From assembly GCA_038087875.1 (NCBI GenBank), contig CM075987.1:16556001-16620000 (forward strand): a stretch of DNA of 64,000 bases, given 5' to 3'. Positions 38,551 to 52,500 of this stretch are shown here, in pieces. The translations under genes and the position numbers were made by a program. The notes below the pieces were generated by a model. The model worked only from the letters and a program-made list of their open reading frames with translations, searched no databases and was not told the origin of the DNA. Origin of the DNA: Malacoraja senta (Eukaryota). The number at the start of each line of letters is the position of its first letter. The first letter of the stretch is position 1.

Positions 38551-40212
38551 CCAATGGTTATGGAGGTAGATGTAAGATTGGCTTTCCTGAGATTGAATCC
38601 ATAGAAAGCTGCGGCAGCCGCATCCTCAGGACCTAAGCTGACTTTCCACCATTGACTCCATCTACACTTCCCACGAGCTGACAATAGATGGGAAGAAGCT
38701 GTTCCTGAGTCTGATGTTGTACACTTTCAAGCTTCTGTGTCTTCTTCCTGACAGGAGTGGGCAGACGTGGGAATGACCGGGTGGGACAAGTCGTTGATTA
38801 TGTTGACTGCGTTTCCGAGGCAGCGTGAAGTGTAGATGGAGTCAATGTTGGGGAGTCTGGTTTGTGTGATGGACTGGGCTACCACTCCAACTCTCTACAG
38901 ATTCTTGCGGTCTTGGGCAGAGCTGATCCCAAACCAAGCTGTGATACAGCCCACCACTATGCTTTCTATGGTGTGAGACGGTCGTCCAGAGATGTTGGGG
39001 TGTGGGGAGGCAATGCAGTCACAGGGGCACAGAGTGATTGGACTGCAGGATGAGAATGTGGGCAGAGCTGGGTGGGTGTCTACAGGACACTTGGCAGCAG
39101 GAACCAGGCTCTGGTGTGCTTGTGTGTGGCCCACTTATTTTTTTTAAGTCACTAGACAGTTTATTGAGACACTGCGTATTATGTCAAGTAACAGTGAATT
39201 AAATGTTATATTTGATATTAATAGAAATAGCATCCAATAGACAGGGAAATCTGCTAGTCTGGCACCACCGAAGGATCAACTGTGCATATTGTTGAAGGGA
39301 CATCTCATAAGCTAATAATGCATCCCTAATCTTCCAATCTACCTCACTGCAGCCCTCGCAGTTTTCTTTGTCTGGAGCTGTGACACTGTATTCTGCACAC
39401 TATTTATTTTCACTTTTTGGACCACCAATGTGCGGTTTGGTTACACTCATGTACAGTATGATCTGCCTGTATAGCACACACAACAACGTGTGTCCATGTA
39501 TCTCAGTGCACGTGACAATAACAAATTGATACCAAGACCAGAGGTTTCCTGTCCTATGTTCATTACTAAACACAGATGACTCAGCATAGACCATGAATCA
39601 AACTTGTGCCGTCACATGTTGTATCTACACAGGGAATCACTGGATGAGCACAAGCGAAACACTTTCATGTTAAGTATAAAATTAAAGGTGTCCCTATCCC
39701 ATGCATAACATTCTGCGACATTCCCCAAAGATATAAGACTATTTACATAAGCTGTCCAATCTTTGTAATTCATAATTAAACACTTTACTGTTTCCATGAG
39801 ATTGTCAGTGATGAAATGTTAATTATTATTAACAATAATAATGTAAAGGTTTTGGGAAAGCAATTGAAAAATACTTTTGAGTGAACCATCTGTGAGAAGT
39901 TGTTTGGTGCTGTAGGTGGTTTGTTAATGAGACGCTGGAACCTGTGAGGTAGCAAGGCTTTCAAAACCTGTTGTGAAAGTGCAAACCACATTTGCAGAAC
40001 AACATGAATGAATTTAATGGGCAATACTCCAAAGGAACATTGCATGAGTAACGACATAACTCCATATTGCACTGAACTCACTTCACCCATGTAAGCTGGA
40101 AGTACCTGTTAAAGTCGCAAGATGCAATCCTGAAATTGTCACGTTGCATTCCTTTGCAAACAATAACCGATTTTTATCTGCTTGGCACTGAATGAAATAC
40201 CATTTCATGAAT

Positions 40213-40441
40213 ATAGACACAAAATGCTGGAGTAACTCAACGGGACAAGCAGCATCACTGGAGCGAAGGAACGGCTGACATTTCGGGTCGAGTCCCTTCT
40301 TCAGGCAGACTGACGAAGGGTCTCGACCAGAAACGTCACCCATTCCTTCTCTCCAGAGACGCTGCCTGTCCCGCTGAGTTACTCCAGCATTTTGTGTCTA
40401 CCTTCGGTGTAAACCAGCATCTACAGTTCTTTCTTACAATA
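40213..40441. mobile_element. Fold-back PLE-derived element
   Basis: Inverted arms; CTGACGAAGGGTCTCGACCAGAAACGTC at 40310; 14-bp TSD ACCATTTCATGAAT at 40199-40212 and 40442-40455. Confidence 0.85.
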
Positions 40442-41059
40442 ACCATTTCATGAATGGTTTTCAGGACAGCGTCTCTCGTTTTTTTCTTCTGAAGACACCA
40501 GAGGGCAGTATTTGTAATAAACATTTGTCGTGAGCCATCTCTGTTGCTCTTAATAGTTCAGTGACGGCCACTGCCACGTCCTCAGAGACAAAGAACGGGC
40601 TCTCCTCAATAAATATTGGGAGAAAAATATAGTGACATTTCTGATATTAGGATGGCGATAAGTATTGGCAGGGTTTATAGCCACTGGTTGCACTGGGAAG
40701 CATGGGACAAAATTAAAGGTGGGCCAGTCAGTTAGCGAAAAAAGTGTTCAGCTTCAATCGACTGAGTGTCTCAACTGAGACCAATGAGAGCTTTGTGCAG
40801 AAAGGTACTGAGAGATATGCTTTAGTACGAATGGACAGAGTTAAGGTACTGAGGAATTTGATCAAATTGAATGGCGGAAAGGCTCTGGGAGCAGAATTCC
40901 TATTATCTTGTTTATTCCTGTCCTAATGTATTGAATTGGTGGAGCAACAGCAGTTTGTGGGTGGCAGACCCAGGGGTCGGGCTGACCATTTTATATGCAA
41001 GCTTACAGACATTACATCTCACTCAGGTGCCTGACTGTGGGACAAGCACAGAACACTTA

Positions 41060-41272
41060 TGCACACACACACACATATGCACAAACATATATTCACACAC
41101 ATATGCTCACAGAAGCACACGCAGACATGCACATACACTCACACACACACATATACTCACACACATCTGTACAAACACCCTCATACACCTGCACACACAT
41201 ATATAGACATACATTTGCACGCACACACATACGCATACACTAAACACATCTGCGCACACACGCACATACATG
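41060..41272. repeat. Degenerate (CA)n / alternating purine-pyrimidine microsatellite
   Basis: CACACACATATGCACA... over ~210 bp. Confidence 0.9.
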
Positions 41273-43509
41273 CGGTGGTAGTTCTTGGATAAGCTTTATT
41301 CTAGGAATCATATATTAAACTGGGAAATATGATATACTTTTACACTTGGAATGTACCCTGGGCAAGGCTGTAAAATCGAGTTAATCAGACCAAGCTGAAG
41401 CTTACATTTACAGGCAAATATACCCAATTTCCTGGAGATTCAATGGTCGATTCCAACAGCAGATACTGTGCCAGGTGCTCCCACCTCCAATCCATATTCC
41501 CACACTCCAGTGATTCCAGAGTACAAATCAAAGGATGACGCAGCCAGCACTAAAATTACTCAGATAGCTGGGACATGGAATACCAGACAATGCTTCCCGA
41601 TAGAGATCAAATAGATGGACTTCACCACAAGTGCCATTTGCCAGACGGCAATGAAAGCAAGAAGGAACCGATAAAGACTGCCAAGCCTTTTTTTTCCTGG
41701 GGGGACAGCACCTCATATTCAAATTGGGAAAGGGCAATGATTTGTCCAATTTTAAGTCATGCCCCCCCTATCGCGGGACTTTCTGTTACTCCACACCCCC
41801 TCCCCCATCCCAGTTCACACGCATTTCTCTCCCTATTCCGTCCCTCTTTTCCACCCCCAGCCCCAATCTCCTTCCTCCTATATCTGTCCCTCTGGCTTTA
41901 CGTTTCACTTTTCTAATCTGCCATGCTTTTGTCTCCTTTTCAGTTCTGGCCTTTATCACGTACTCCACCCATCTGCCAGTCAAATCCCACCTATCAGTTG
42001 CCAACTGTGTCCTGCCCCCAACACTTTTCCAGCATCCTCCCACCCCCCAACCCGCTCTATCAGTCTGTTGAAGGGTCCGGACACAAAACGATGCCTATCC
42101 ATTCCCTCTGCAGACACTGCCTGACCCAGCTGAGTTCCTTTGTATCCTTCAGACCACAAAGCCTCAAGGACTATCACCTTGCGACCATTGCTGGAAAGCA
42201 GGAGACGAGTTGGTAATTGGTGCAACATTTTGCCTATTTCTTTTCTATTTCTGTCTACATTTCTACAAAACCTGAGTGAATCTCACAATTCCAGCTTCCC
42301 AGAGCCCAGTGCTGTAAGTTCATTGTTGCGAAGAAGCTGCATTGCTGAATGTGCTGTGTCTCCATTCAGAAATTAAACCGAGCCTCAGTCTATTCTCCTC
42401 CAGACACTACAGTTACCAAAGCAATATTTTGAAGAGTAAAAATCAAGTTTCCCCCATAAATCTTGACAAATATTTATCCCTCAGTTTCAACTAAGAGCAG
42501 ACAATCTGGCTTTCACTCTGCCTTCTTCGGATCTGCTATGCACTAGTTGTCTGCCAAAATTTTACTTCACAAGATTAACTTCTGTAAAAACTTCTGTATC
42601 TGGACATCCTGATGTTCTGAAATGCTCTTTATTAAAGCAAGTTGCATTTGCACTTAATAACAATTTGTTTTGTTCTTTTAAACCTGCCTCAATGTCTCCT
42701 AAATCATGGTTCTTGCTTCAAGTCATTTGTTTAATGCACTTAGATTGTGGTGGCACCGGGTGCTATAGCTCTGTACCTTGATACAGATACATGATGGACA
42801 AGGTCTTGTGTTACTCAACAATGACTGACTTGTTGGACCAGAGAGGGAAATAATCCTCTTGATCCCCAAGACTTATTGCTATTCCAGTGCACGTACGCAA
42901 GTGCATGGCAAGTTGGTGGAGAATTGCATTTGATAAACTTCAAGGTCGAATAACCGCCTGATGAAGTTCAAGTTGGGTAGCATCCAGGCAGGGAATGTGC
43001 ACCACATAGGGAATGGTGAAGGGGGCATTAAGGAAGTAGGGAGACACGTATCAATTGACATGGAGCCAGGCATTGTACAAATAAGAGAGCTCCTGGTGTA
43101 TTGTAATGACTGTCTTATTTGGACATGTTAAAGGTGTTCAAAAACCCTTCAAACTGGGGCATTCAAGAAAGAGGGACCATAAATAGGGAGAGAACAAATT
43201 GCACGAGTCTCCCCTCAGCTTCTGTATAAAGTGTTGGAGTTGCTGGTGATCAATTGAAGAATTCAAAACTGCGACTGATGTAATTGATTGACAGAGACTG
43301 AGTCTGAAGAAAGGTCCCGACCTGAAATATCATCCGTCCTTTTTTCTCCTCAGATGCTGCCTGACCTGCTGAGTTTCTCCAGCATTTTGTGTTTTACTCG
43401 AGATTCCAGAATGTGTCGTTTCTTGGGTCTCCACAGAATTTTGTTGGTAAATGAATCGAGGTGAATTCTACTTCTTGTGGGATCCAAAGCTGAGTGTCAT
43501 AAATGTATA

Positions 43510-44003
43510 AGAAAGAACTGCAGATGCTGGAAAATCGAAGGTAGACAAAAAATGCTGGAGAAACTCAGCGGGTGAGGCAGCATCTGAGGAGAAAAAAACG
43601 GGCGGATGATATTTCAGGTCGGGACCCTTCTTCAGACTCAGTCTCTGTCAATCAATTACTCAGCACTTCAACTCCCCCTCCCATTCCGAATCCGACCTTT
43701 CTGTCCTCGGCCTCCTCCATGGCCAGAGTGAGGACCACCATAAATTGGAGGAGCAGCACCTCATATTTCGCTTGGGCAGTTTGCACCCCAGCAGTATGAA
43801 CATTGACTTCTTTAATTTCAGGTAGTCCTTACTTTCTCCTCCCCTTCTCAGCTCTCCCTCAGCCCACTGGCTCCTCTTCTTCCTTTCTTCTTCTTCCTGC
43901 CCCCACCCTCACATCAGTCTGAAGAAGGGTTTTGGCCCGAAACGTTGCCTATTTCCTTCGCTCCATAGATGCTGCCTCACCCGCTGAGTTTCTCCAGCAT
44001 TTT
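43510..44003 (+). mobile_element. PLE insertion: inverted 5' pLTR arm, captured flank, GIY-YIG tail, pLTR
   Basis: 15-bp TSD TGTCATAAATGTATA at 43495-43509 and 44004-44018; GIY-YIG C-terminal remnant 43660-43825; hammerhead-like core at 43919. Confidence 0.88.
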
Positions 44004-45024
44004 TGTCATAAATGTATATTCATTTGCAAGACCGATCTGGAGTTCAAGAGAAGCTGTTTCACTCTCACAGTGGTTCAAATATGAAACTGCCACATGGATG
44101 GCTGAGGTGAATAGCCATCAATGATTTTAAAGGAAACCAACGAACATTATGGGATGGGATGGGATATAATAATATGGTGAGATGTGGTTGACGATGGCTC
44201 ATGCAGAGCAGAAACACTTTCATATGGATTTCAGACTTACAATTTGATCCAATGTTGATCTACATCAATGATAAAGCAAGCTTGAAGGACTGAATTTCCA
44301 TGTTCTGTTCCTAATATTCCTGAGGGAAATAACTAGCATTTGTATTCTCAGTTGAATCCTCTCAGCAAAATGAATCCCTGACTGTTTGCGTGGTGGGTGA
44401 TGTTAGCACGGTATGTTGGATTTGTGCGGTTGATTTTTTTTTGTGGCCATTAACTGTATGAACTCACAGCTGCTTGAACTCACAGCACTGTTCATATGCA
44501 ATTTCACGCATTGAAAACGTCTCTCCCTTCTCTCTCTGTCGCGCTGCCTTGAATGTACAAAACAAAAGAAAGGCAATTCGCTGAGTACCACAGCCGCACA
44601 ATTCTTCACCACAAATGTGTGTAAATGGGGTTCAGCAAGGGGTCCAAAGGGTTATCTGCTTTGTACCCATCTGTTAGCTGGTGCTTTCTTTAGCTAGTTA
44701 ATACATCTAATTCTGAAATAGTGTCATGTGTATAAGGTGGTGGCAAAGATATCAATATTTTCAGAATATCCTGCATGTTCTTGCTGGGCCCATGAGCAAA
44801 AGTGTTAGTATAAGCAAGGCATGTCAAAATCTACTGCACAAATTAAAACACGCCATGCTGATATTAACCACATAAATAGTCAGGGCAAGACACAAACTGC
44901 TGAAGAAACACAGGCCGCATCTGTGGGGGGAATGGACAGACGACATATTAGGTCAGGACCCTTCTTCAGCCTGTGATTCATTTAGTAGAGGATTCAAGTG
45001 AGAATATTCTCAACATTTATTTGC

Positions 45025-45635
45025 CTGTCTAAGCACTGTTCCAAAACAGGGATGTAATGCTGAGGCTTTATATGGCACTGGTCAGACCATTTTTGGAGTA
45101 TTGTTTAGGCTGTTTTGGGCCCCATATCTGAGGAAGGATGTGCTGACATTGGAGAAGGTCCAGAGGAGGTTTTTTAGGAGAAAGACCAGAGGGATGAATG
45201 GGTTAACGTATGATGAGCGTATGACGGCACTGGGCCTGTACTCATTGGAGTTTAGAAGAATTAGGGGGTGCCTCATTGAAACTTAACGAAAGGCCTAGAT
45301 AGAGTGGATGTGAGAGGATATTTCCACTGGTGGCAGAGTCTAGGACCAGAGGCCACAGCCTCAGAATAAAAGGAAGTACCTGTTGGGAGGAGATGAGGAG
45401 GAATTTCTTTAGTCAGAGGGTGCTGAATCTGTGGAATTAATTGCCACATAAGGCTGTGGAGGCCAAGTCAATAGGTATTTTTAAGGTGGAGATTGACAGA
45501 TTCTTGATTAGTAAGGGTGTCGAGGGTTGTGGGGAGAAGGCAGGAGAATGGGTTTGAGAGGGAATTATAAATCAGCCATGATTGAATGGCGGAGTAGACT
45601 TGGGTCGAATTCTACTATAATTTATGAACATGAAC
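45025..45635 (+). mobile_element. CR1-type LINE 3' fragment, degenerate
   Basis: FWAPYLRKDVLTLEKVQRRF...YDERMTALGLYSLEFRRIRG. Confidence 0.85.
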
Positions 45636-47134
45636 ACTGTTCTGAACATTAGAAATAGAAGCTGGCAATTTGCTCCTTCAAGCTTGCGTTATCATTTACA
45701 TAAACACAACAAGCTACAGGTGCTGGAATCTTGATAATTTATGTAGATCAACATTGGTTACAATTTAAGTTGGAAATCTGAAAGGAAATATTACTGCTCT
45801 GCAGGAGTGTGTCAATATTGTAAGAGCTTCAAAGATTGTATCAGTCCGGAGAGCTTTTGGGGCATGTGTTGGTAAATGGGGAGATTTCTGTCACGAGTAT
45901 CAAGATACAGTGAAAAGCTTTGCTTGCTGTCCAGTCACATCATACTGTACACAAGTACAACCAAGCCATACACAAGTACAACAGGTCATGCAATAAGAAA
46001 CACATCAGAGTGCAGAATACAGTATTCCAACATTATAGTGTTACAATTACAAGTAAAGTGCAGATTTTAAAAAGTGCACCATCCACAATGAGGTAGGTTG
46101 GAAGATGGGAGGACTATTCAGTTGTCTGACAACAGCGGGGAAAGAGTTGATCCTGAATATGTGTAGCTTAGGTTGGTACTGAGCATACAAGCTATGTATG
46201 AACATAAGGACGAGGTGTCAGGAATGGACCCTTGAGTATGTCACTTAATAACATCTGTCCATCTTTGCTCAAAATTTACAAACACTCCCGCAGTCCGAAG
46301 AAGTTTCTTGCTTTTTCCACATCGTACGATGGCATGATTTGCTATGCATAGCTGGATATGGTGTCGAAACAGCTTCAATAGTAATCTTCAAAATGGTGAA
46401 GTAATTCTTCATCCTTGAGTGGACTAATCTGTTCAGAGTTAGCTCCCTGTGCAGAGGTCAGTTGATTCATCCCAACCCTTAACTCGCCAGAGGTGAAGCT
46501 TACTCTGCACAGGTTACACTCTGCACGGTAACGTGGGACACGTGAAATTAATAAACCTAAACTTATTAACCCTGTCACCTTCTTGATTCTTTTAAGCCAT
46601 TGTCACACCAGGCATTGAGACCAGGCTGTCGAAGGTGGAAGGAAATGGATGAACCAATGTGATTACCTAAATCACTCTGATACATTGATGCTCGCTTCTG
46701 CTCAAAGGTTGTACTTCTGCCTCGAGGACAGGAGTAAATAACAAACAAGATAACAAAATAAACGTATTTATGTAAGGCCTTTCATTATCTCAGAATATCC
46801 CAAAGCATTTCACGTTAAATACTTTTTAAAGTGCAATCTTTGCTTTAAATAGGTGAACATGCAAATGCCAAGGCCTCACAGCTAAACATGAGGTAAACGA
46901 CTAGGTAGTCTGTCTCTGGTAATATTAATTGTGTGTCATCCTTTCTCGAGAGAGCTACCCTGCTCATGGTGATATGGTACAATGGGTCTTTTTCATCTAA
47001 CTGCAAGGCACGATGGGGGATTGGCTTTCTTGCACTTCCAAACCTGCCTCACTGAATCATCAGCCTCAGCTAGGTATCTGGAGTGCAGTTTAAACCATGA
47101 CCTATGACTCAGGGCCAAGGATGCCACTAATGCA

Positions 47135-47740
47135 CAGGAGCCTCTACAACTCTAGAAGATTGAGGAGATTCTTCACTATGTCATTGCCTACTTTATCGGA
47201 CTTCAACAAGAGTACGGTAGAGAACATACTGACTGGTTGCATTATTGCCTGGTTCGGCAATTTGAACGCCCAGGAACGAAGGACACTGCAGAGAGTTGTG
47301 GGCATTGCCTGGTCCATCACTAGCACTGACCTCCCCACTAAAGGATCTATAGGAGGCGTAGCCACAAAAAGCCAGCCAATATCAACAAAGACTCACACCA
47401 CCATTGCCTTCTTTTAATTTCTTTCCTATCATCGGGAAGAAGGTACAGGAGCCTGAAAACCGTGACTCCAAGTTGAAGAACAGCTTCTTCCTAGCAACCA
47501 TCAGGCTCTTGAACACTACACAACACTAACCCCAGCAACTATAATCTTCTAAGGACTGTGTCTTCGGTTGCACTGCAGACTTTGGTTTTGCACTACCTGG
47601 TAATACTGTTATTAATTTATTGTGTTATTGATAATTATACATTTATCTCTGTTGCATTTACGGGCCTATTAAACTGCAGCAAGTAAGAATTTCATTGTTC
47701 CTTTGCCGGAACATAGGACAATTAAACGCTCTTGACTTGT
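47135..47740 (+). mobile_element. Rex1-like LINE 3' fragment (related pieces at ~32000-32420, 13370-13760 minus, 38690-38975 minus)
   Basis: RRLRRFF..STVENILTGCIIAWFGNLNAQERRTLQRVV, with a 3' tail ending CTCTTGACTTG. Confidence 0.7.
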
Positions 47741-49438
47741 TTGAGTATTTTCAGAGAACACAGATTTAAAGTACATGATAAAAGAACCAGAAGAGGAGAT
47801 GAGAAGAATTTCTTTCTTTATGTAGTAAGATACAGTATATACTGCTGGTCATGATGGAGAGAAAGACTCAATTGTAATCTTCAAAAGGTAATTGGGAATA
47901 TAATTTGAAAGAGAAAAAAAATGCATTGCTTTTGAGAAAGAACAATAGACTAATTGGATTGCTCTTTCAAAAGAAAACAAAACTGGCCCAAAGGTCTTTT
48001 AATGCGTTGCATTGTTCAATGTGTGCATATCCCACTCTCTCAAGTTTGAGGTAGAATCCACCAGATCTTTCAATCAATAGCTCTTGCAAGTTGGAGTGGG
48101 AGGGGGCAGGTAGCATCAATTCAGAGAAGTGTTTCAATGTCCATTTGCAGGGATTCATTGTCCATTTGCATTGTGAAAAGCCTTTCAATTATGGATATTA
48201 AACACACTGGTAAATTGAGATTATAACTCACGGTGTAAAATGCAAGTGAATTGTTCTGCAGTGAAAAGGAACACTTAAAATGAGAGAGAGATTGCAGGCT
48301 AAGACATTTTACTCCGATCAGAAAGATTAGTTGACACTTCACGACATATATATGTTTTCGGCAATTACTTAATGAAACAGATTTAGGAAAGAGTTCCCGA
48401 TGAGCACATTAAACGTGGTTATTTCTATTCACATTTTTACAAACATCGTTCTTCCCAGCCTGTGAGAACACCATTTTTTAAAGATGCCCGGGTTAAGTGG
48501 TTTATTTTCGAGGCCTTTGTTTGATTGGTTTGCTTTAATTAAAAATACAATTCATTGTGAACACAAGGGGCTCCCACCAAGCCGCTTCCTGCATTTCCAA
48601 GGGCTCGTCGGTGTCATTCGGAGTTCTAAGGCTTCCTCTAATCCTTTATTTTTATTCAGTTTAACCTGTGCAAAGCGGCAAGGTCAGCTTGGCCCATTGC
48701 ATGCTTCACTGTCAATTAGCACATGAACAGGGAGACTGCAAATGGCCCCCACAGCTCTGACAGAAGCCAGTGATACACAGGATCTGCAATTCAAATCTTT
48801 CCTGGGACATTTTAAAGAGACAGTGCCCCTGTTTGTCATGGATTATGGTCGGGATCAAAAAACAAAAAAATAACAAATTTTTCCCACAGAGCCTGTTGAA
48901 AATAATCTGCCATTTTCACCTCGCTAATCCCAAGAATAAAGTGTAAAAATAACAAACAAGAAAATATGACGATTACTTATTATGTCCCAATAGTAACAGT
49001 AAACTCCAGAAAATGTTTGTTTTTTACATGGTTGTGGTTTCATTGGAGGCTTTGGGTGTAAAGGCTTTTGGAGAGGTTGCAGAAGAGGTTTATCAGAATG
49101 ATGGCTGGATTAGAGGGTATTGGCAATAAGGAGAGGCTGGACAGACTTGGATTGTTTTCTCTGGAACACTGGACATTGAGGTGAAACCTAATAGAAGTGT
49201 GTAAAATTATGGGAGTATGTAAAATAGGATAGACAGTCAGAACCTTTTCCCCAGGGTGGAAATGTCAAAGATTAGAGATTATAGTTTTAAAGTGAGAGGG
49301 GCAAAGTTTAAAGGAGATGTGTGGTGGGGGCCTGGAATGTGCAGCCAGGGCTGGTGATGGAGGCAGATAGGATAATAACATTTAAGAGGCTTCAGATAAG
49401 CACCTGGATGTGCAGGGAACAGGGGATGTGGATCATGT

Positions 49439-52400
49439 ATCCTGGCGGGGAGATCTGCAAAGGCTACTGGGGAGACTTTAAACTAGAATGGTTGGGGGGA
49501 GGGACTCAAATAGAGAATGCTATTAGACAGTGTGTGAGGCAGGAGGCAGAGAAGGAAAGCACTCAGACCCAACATGTAGGGGGGAAAGAAGAAAACAATA
49601 ATAAACAGAGAATAAGAGGTGGTGGGGTTCTTAAATGGGTGAGCAGAGAAACAGAGGGGTGTAAAATGCGGGCGGAAGCAATAGGTAGCAAGGTGAAAAG
49701 TAAAAGTGGCAGGCAGACAAATCCAGGGCAAAAATCAAAAAGAGCCACTTTTCAACATAATTGTATAAGGGGTAAGAGCGTTGTAAAAACAAGCCTGGAG
49801 GCTTTGTGTCTCAATGCAAGGAGCATTCGTAATAAGGTGGATGAGTTGAACGTGCAGATAGCAATTAATGATTATGATATAGTTGGGATCACGGAGACAT
49901 GGCTCCAGGGTGACCAAGGCTGGGAGCTGAACATCCAGGGATATTCAATATTCAGGAGGGATAGAGAGAAAGGAAAAGGAGGTGTGGTAGCGTTGCTGGT
50001 TAGAGAGGAGATTAACGCAGTGGAAAGGAAGGACATTAGCTTGGAGGATGTGGAATCGGTATGGGTAGAGCTGCGAAACACTAAGGGGCAGAAAACGCTG
50101 GTGGGTGTTGTGTACAGGCCACCTAGCAGTAGTAGTGAAGTTGGGGATGGCATCAAACAGGAAATTAGAAATGCGTGCAACAAAGGCAAAACAGTTATAA
50201 TGGGTGACTTCAATCTACATATAGATTGGGTGAATCAAATTGGCAGGGGTGCTGAGGAAGAGGATTTCTTGGAATGTATGAGGGATAGTTATCTAAACCA
50301 ACATGTAGAGGAACCAACGAGAGAGCAGGCTATTCTAGACTGGGTATTGAGTAATGAGGAACGGTTAGTTAGCAGACTTGTTGTGTGTGCCCCCTTGGGC
50401 AAGAGTGACCATAATATGGTTGAGTTCTTCACTAGGATGGAGAGTGACATTGTTAATTCAGAAACAACGGTTTTGAACTTAAAGAAAGGTAACTTTGAGG
50501 GTATGAGACGTGAATTGGCCAAGATTGACTGGCAATTAGTTCTAAAAGGGTTGACGGTGGATATGCAATGGAAGGCATTTAAAGACTGCATGGATGAACT
50601 ACAAAAATTGTTCATCCCAGTTTGGCAAAAGAATAAATCAGGGAAGGTAGTGCATCCGTGGATAACAAGGGAAATCAGGGATAGTATCAAAGCAAAAGAT
50701 GATGCGTACAAATTAGCCAGAAAAAGCAGCATACCAGAGGACTGGGAGAAATTCAGAGACCAGCAGAGGAGGACAAAGGGCTTAATTAGGAAAGGGAAAA
50801 TAGATTATGAAAGGAAACTGGCAGGGAACATAAAAACTGACTGCAAAAGTTTTTATAGATATGTGAAGAGAAAGAGATTAGTTAAAACAAATGTAGGTCC
50901 CTTGCAGTCAGAAACAGGTGAATTGATCATGGGGAACAAGGATATGGCGGACCAATTGAATAACTACTTTGGTTCCGTCTTCACTAAGGAAGACATAAAT
51001 AATCTGCCGGAAAGAGCAGGGGGCCGCGGGTCAAAGGAGATGGAGGAACTGAGTGAAATCCAGGTTAGTCGGGAAGTGGTGTTGGGTAAATTGAATGGAT
51101 TAAAGGCCGATAAATCACCAGGGCCAGATAGGCTGCATCCAGAGTACTTAAGGAAGTAGCTCCAGAAATAGTGGATGCATTAGTGATACTTTTTCAAAAC
51201 TCTTTAGATTCTGGAGTAGTTCCTGAGGATTGGAGGGTAGCAAACGTAACCCCACTTTTTAAGAAGGGAGGGAGAGAGAAAACGGGGAATTACAGACCAG
51301 TTAGTCTAACATCGGTAGTGGGGAAACTGGTAGAGTCAGTTATTAAAGATGGGATAGCAGCACATTTGGAAAGTGGTGAAATCATTGGACAAAGTCAGCA
51401 TGGATTTATGAAAGGTAAATCGTGTCTGACGAAACTTATAGAATTTTTCGCAATGGCAGGCAGTGACTAGTGGGGTACCGCAAGGCTCAGTGCTGGGACC
51501 CCAGGTATTTACAATTTATATTAATGATCTGGACGAGGGAATTGAAAGCAACATCTCCAAGTTTGCGGATGACACTAAGCTGGGGGGCAGTGTTAGCTGT
51601 GAGGACGATGCTAGGAGACTGCAAGGTGACTTGGATAGGCTGGGTGAGTGGGCAAATGTTTGGCAGATGCAGTATAATGTGGATAAATGTGAGGTTATCC
51701 ACTTTGGTGGCAAAAACGAGAAGGCAGACTATTATCTAAATGGTGGCCGATTAGGAAATGGGGAGATGCAGCGAGACCTGGGTGTCATGGTACACCAGTC
51801 ATTGAAAGTAGGCATGCAGGTGCAGCAGGCAGTGAAGAAAGCGAATGGTATGTTGGCTTTCATAGGAAGAGGATTTGAGTATAGGAGCAGGGAGCTTCTA
51901 CTGCAGTTGTACAGGGTCTTGGTGAGACCACACCTGGAGTATTGCGTACAGTTTTGGTCTCCAAATCTGAGGAAGGACATTATAGCCATAGAGGGAGTGC
52001 AGAGAAGGTTCACCAGACTGATTCCTGGGATGTCAGGACTTTCATATGAAGAAAGACTGGATAGACTTGGCTTATACTCGCTAGAATTTAGGAGATTGAG
52101 AGGGGATCTTATAGAAACGTACAAAATTCTTATGGGGTCGGACAGGCTAGATGCAGGAAGATTGTTCCCGATGTTGGGGAAGTCCAGGACATGGGGTCAC
52201 AGCTTAAGGATAAGGGGGAAATCCTTTAAGACCGAGATGAGGAAAAACTTTTTCACACAGAGAGTGGTGAATCTCTGGAACTCTCTGCCACAGAGGTAGT
52301 TGAGGCCAGTTCATTGGCTATATTTAAGAGGGAGTTAGATGTGGCCCTTGTGGCTAAAGGGATCAAGGGGTATGGAGAGAAGGCAGGTACGGGATACTGA

Positions 52401-52500
52401 GTTGGATGATCAGCCATGATCATATTGAATGGCGGTGCAGGCTCGAAGGGCCGAATGGCCTACTCCTGCACCTATTTTCTATGTATCTATCTATGTATCT
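49439..52500 (+). mobile_element. Young 5'-truncated CR1-clade LINE (ORF1 C-terminus, ORF2 APE endonuclease and RT), inactivated
   Basis: ILAGRSAKATGETLN* (ORF1 end, 49439-49486); LCLNARSIRNK..VGITETWL..GDFN..SDHN (APE); NYRPVSLTS, GVPQGSVLGP, FADD (RT); frameshift at ~51140, internal deletion at ~51451; (CTATGTAT)n tail; nested in an older CR1 fragment with ATGT at both junctions. Confidence 0.95.

Noticed and set aside
40871..41292. His/Thr-rich ORFs
   Set aside because: Translation of a degenerate (CA)n microsatellite.
49321..49438. N-terminus of the 612-aa ORF as part of a genuine protein
   Set aside because: Read-through from an older CR1 fragment into the younger insertion; the real ORF2 homology begins near 49790.
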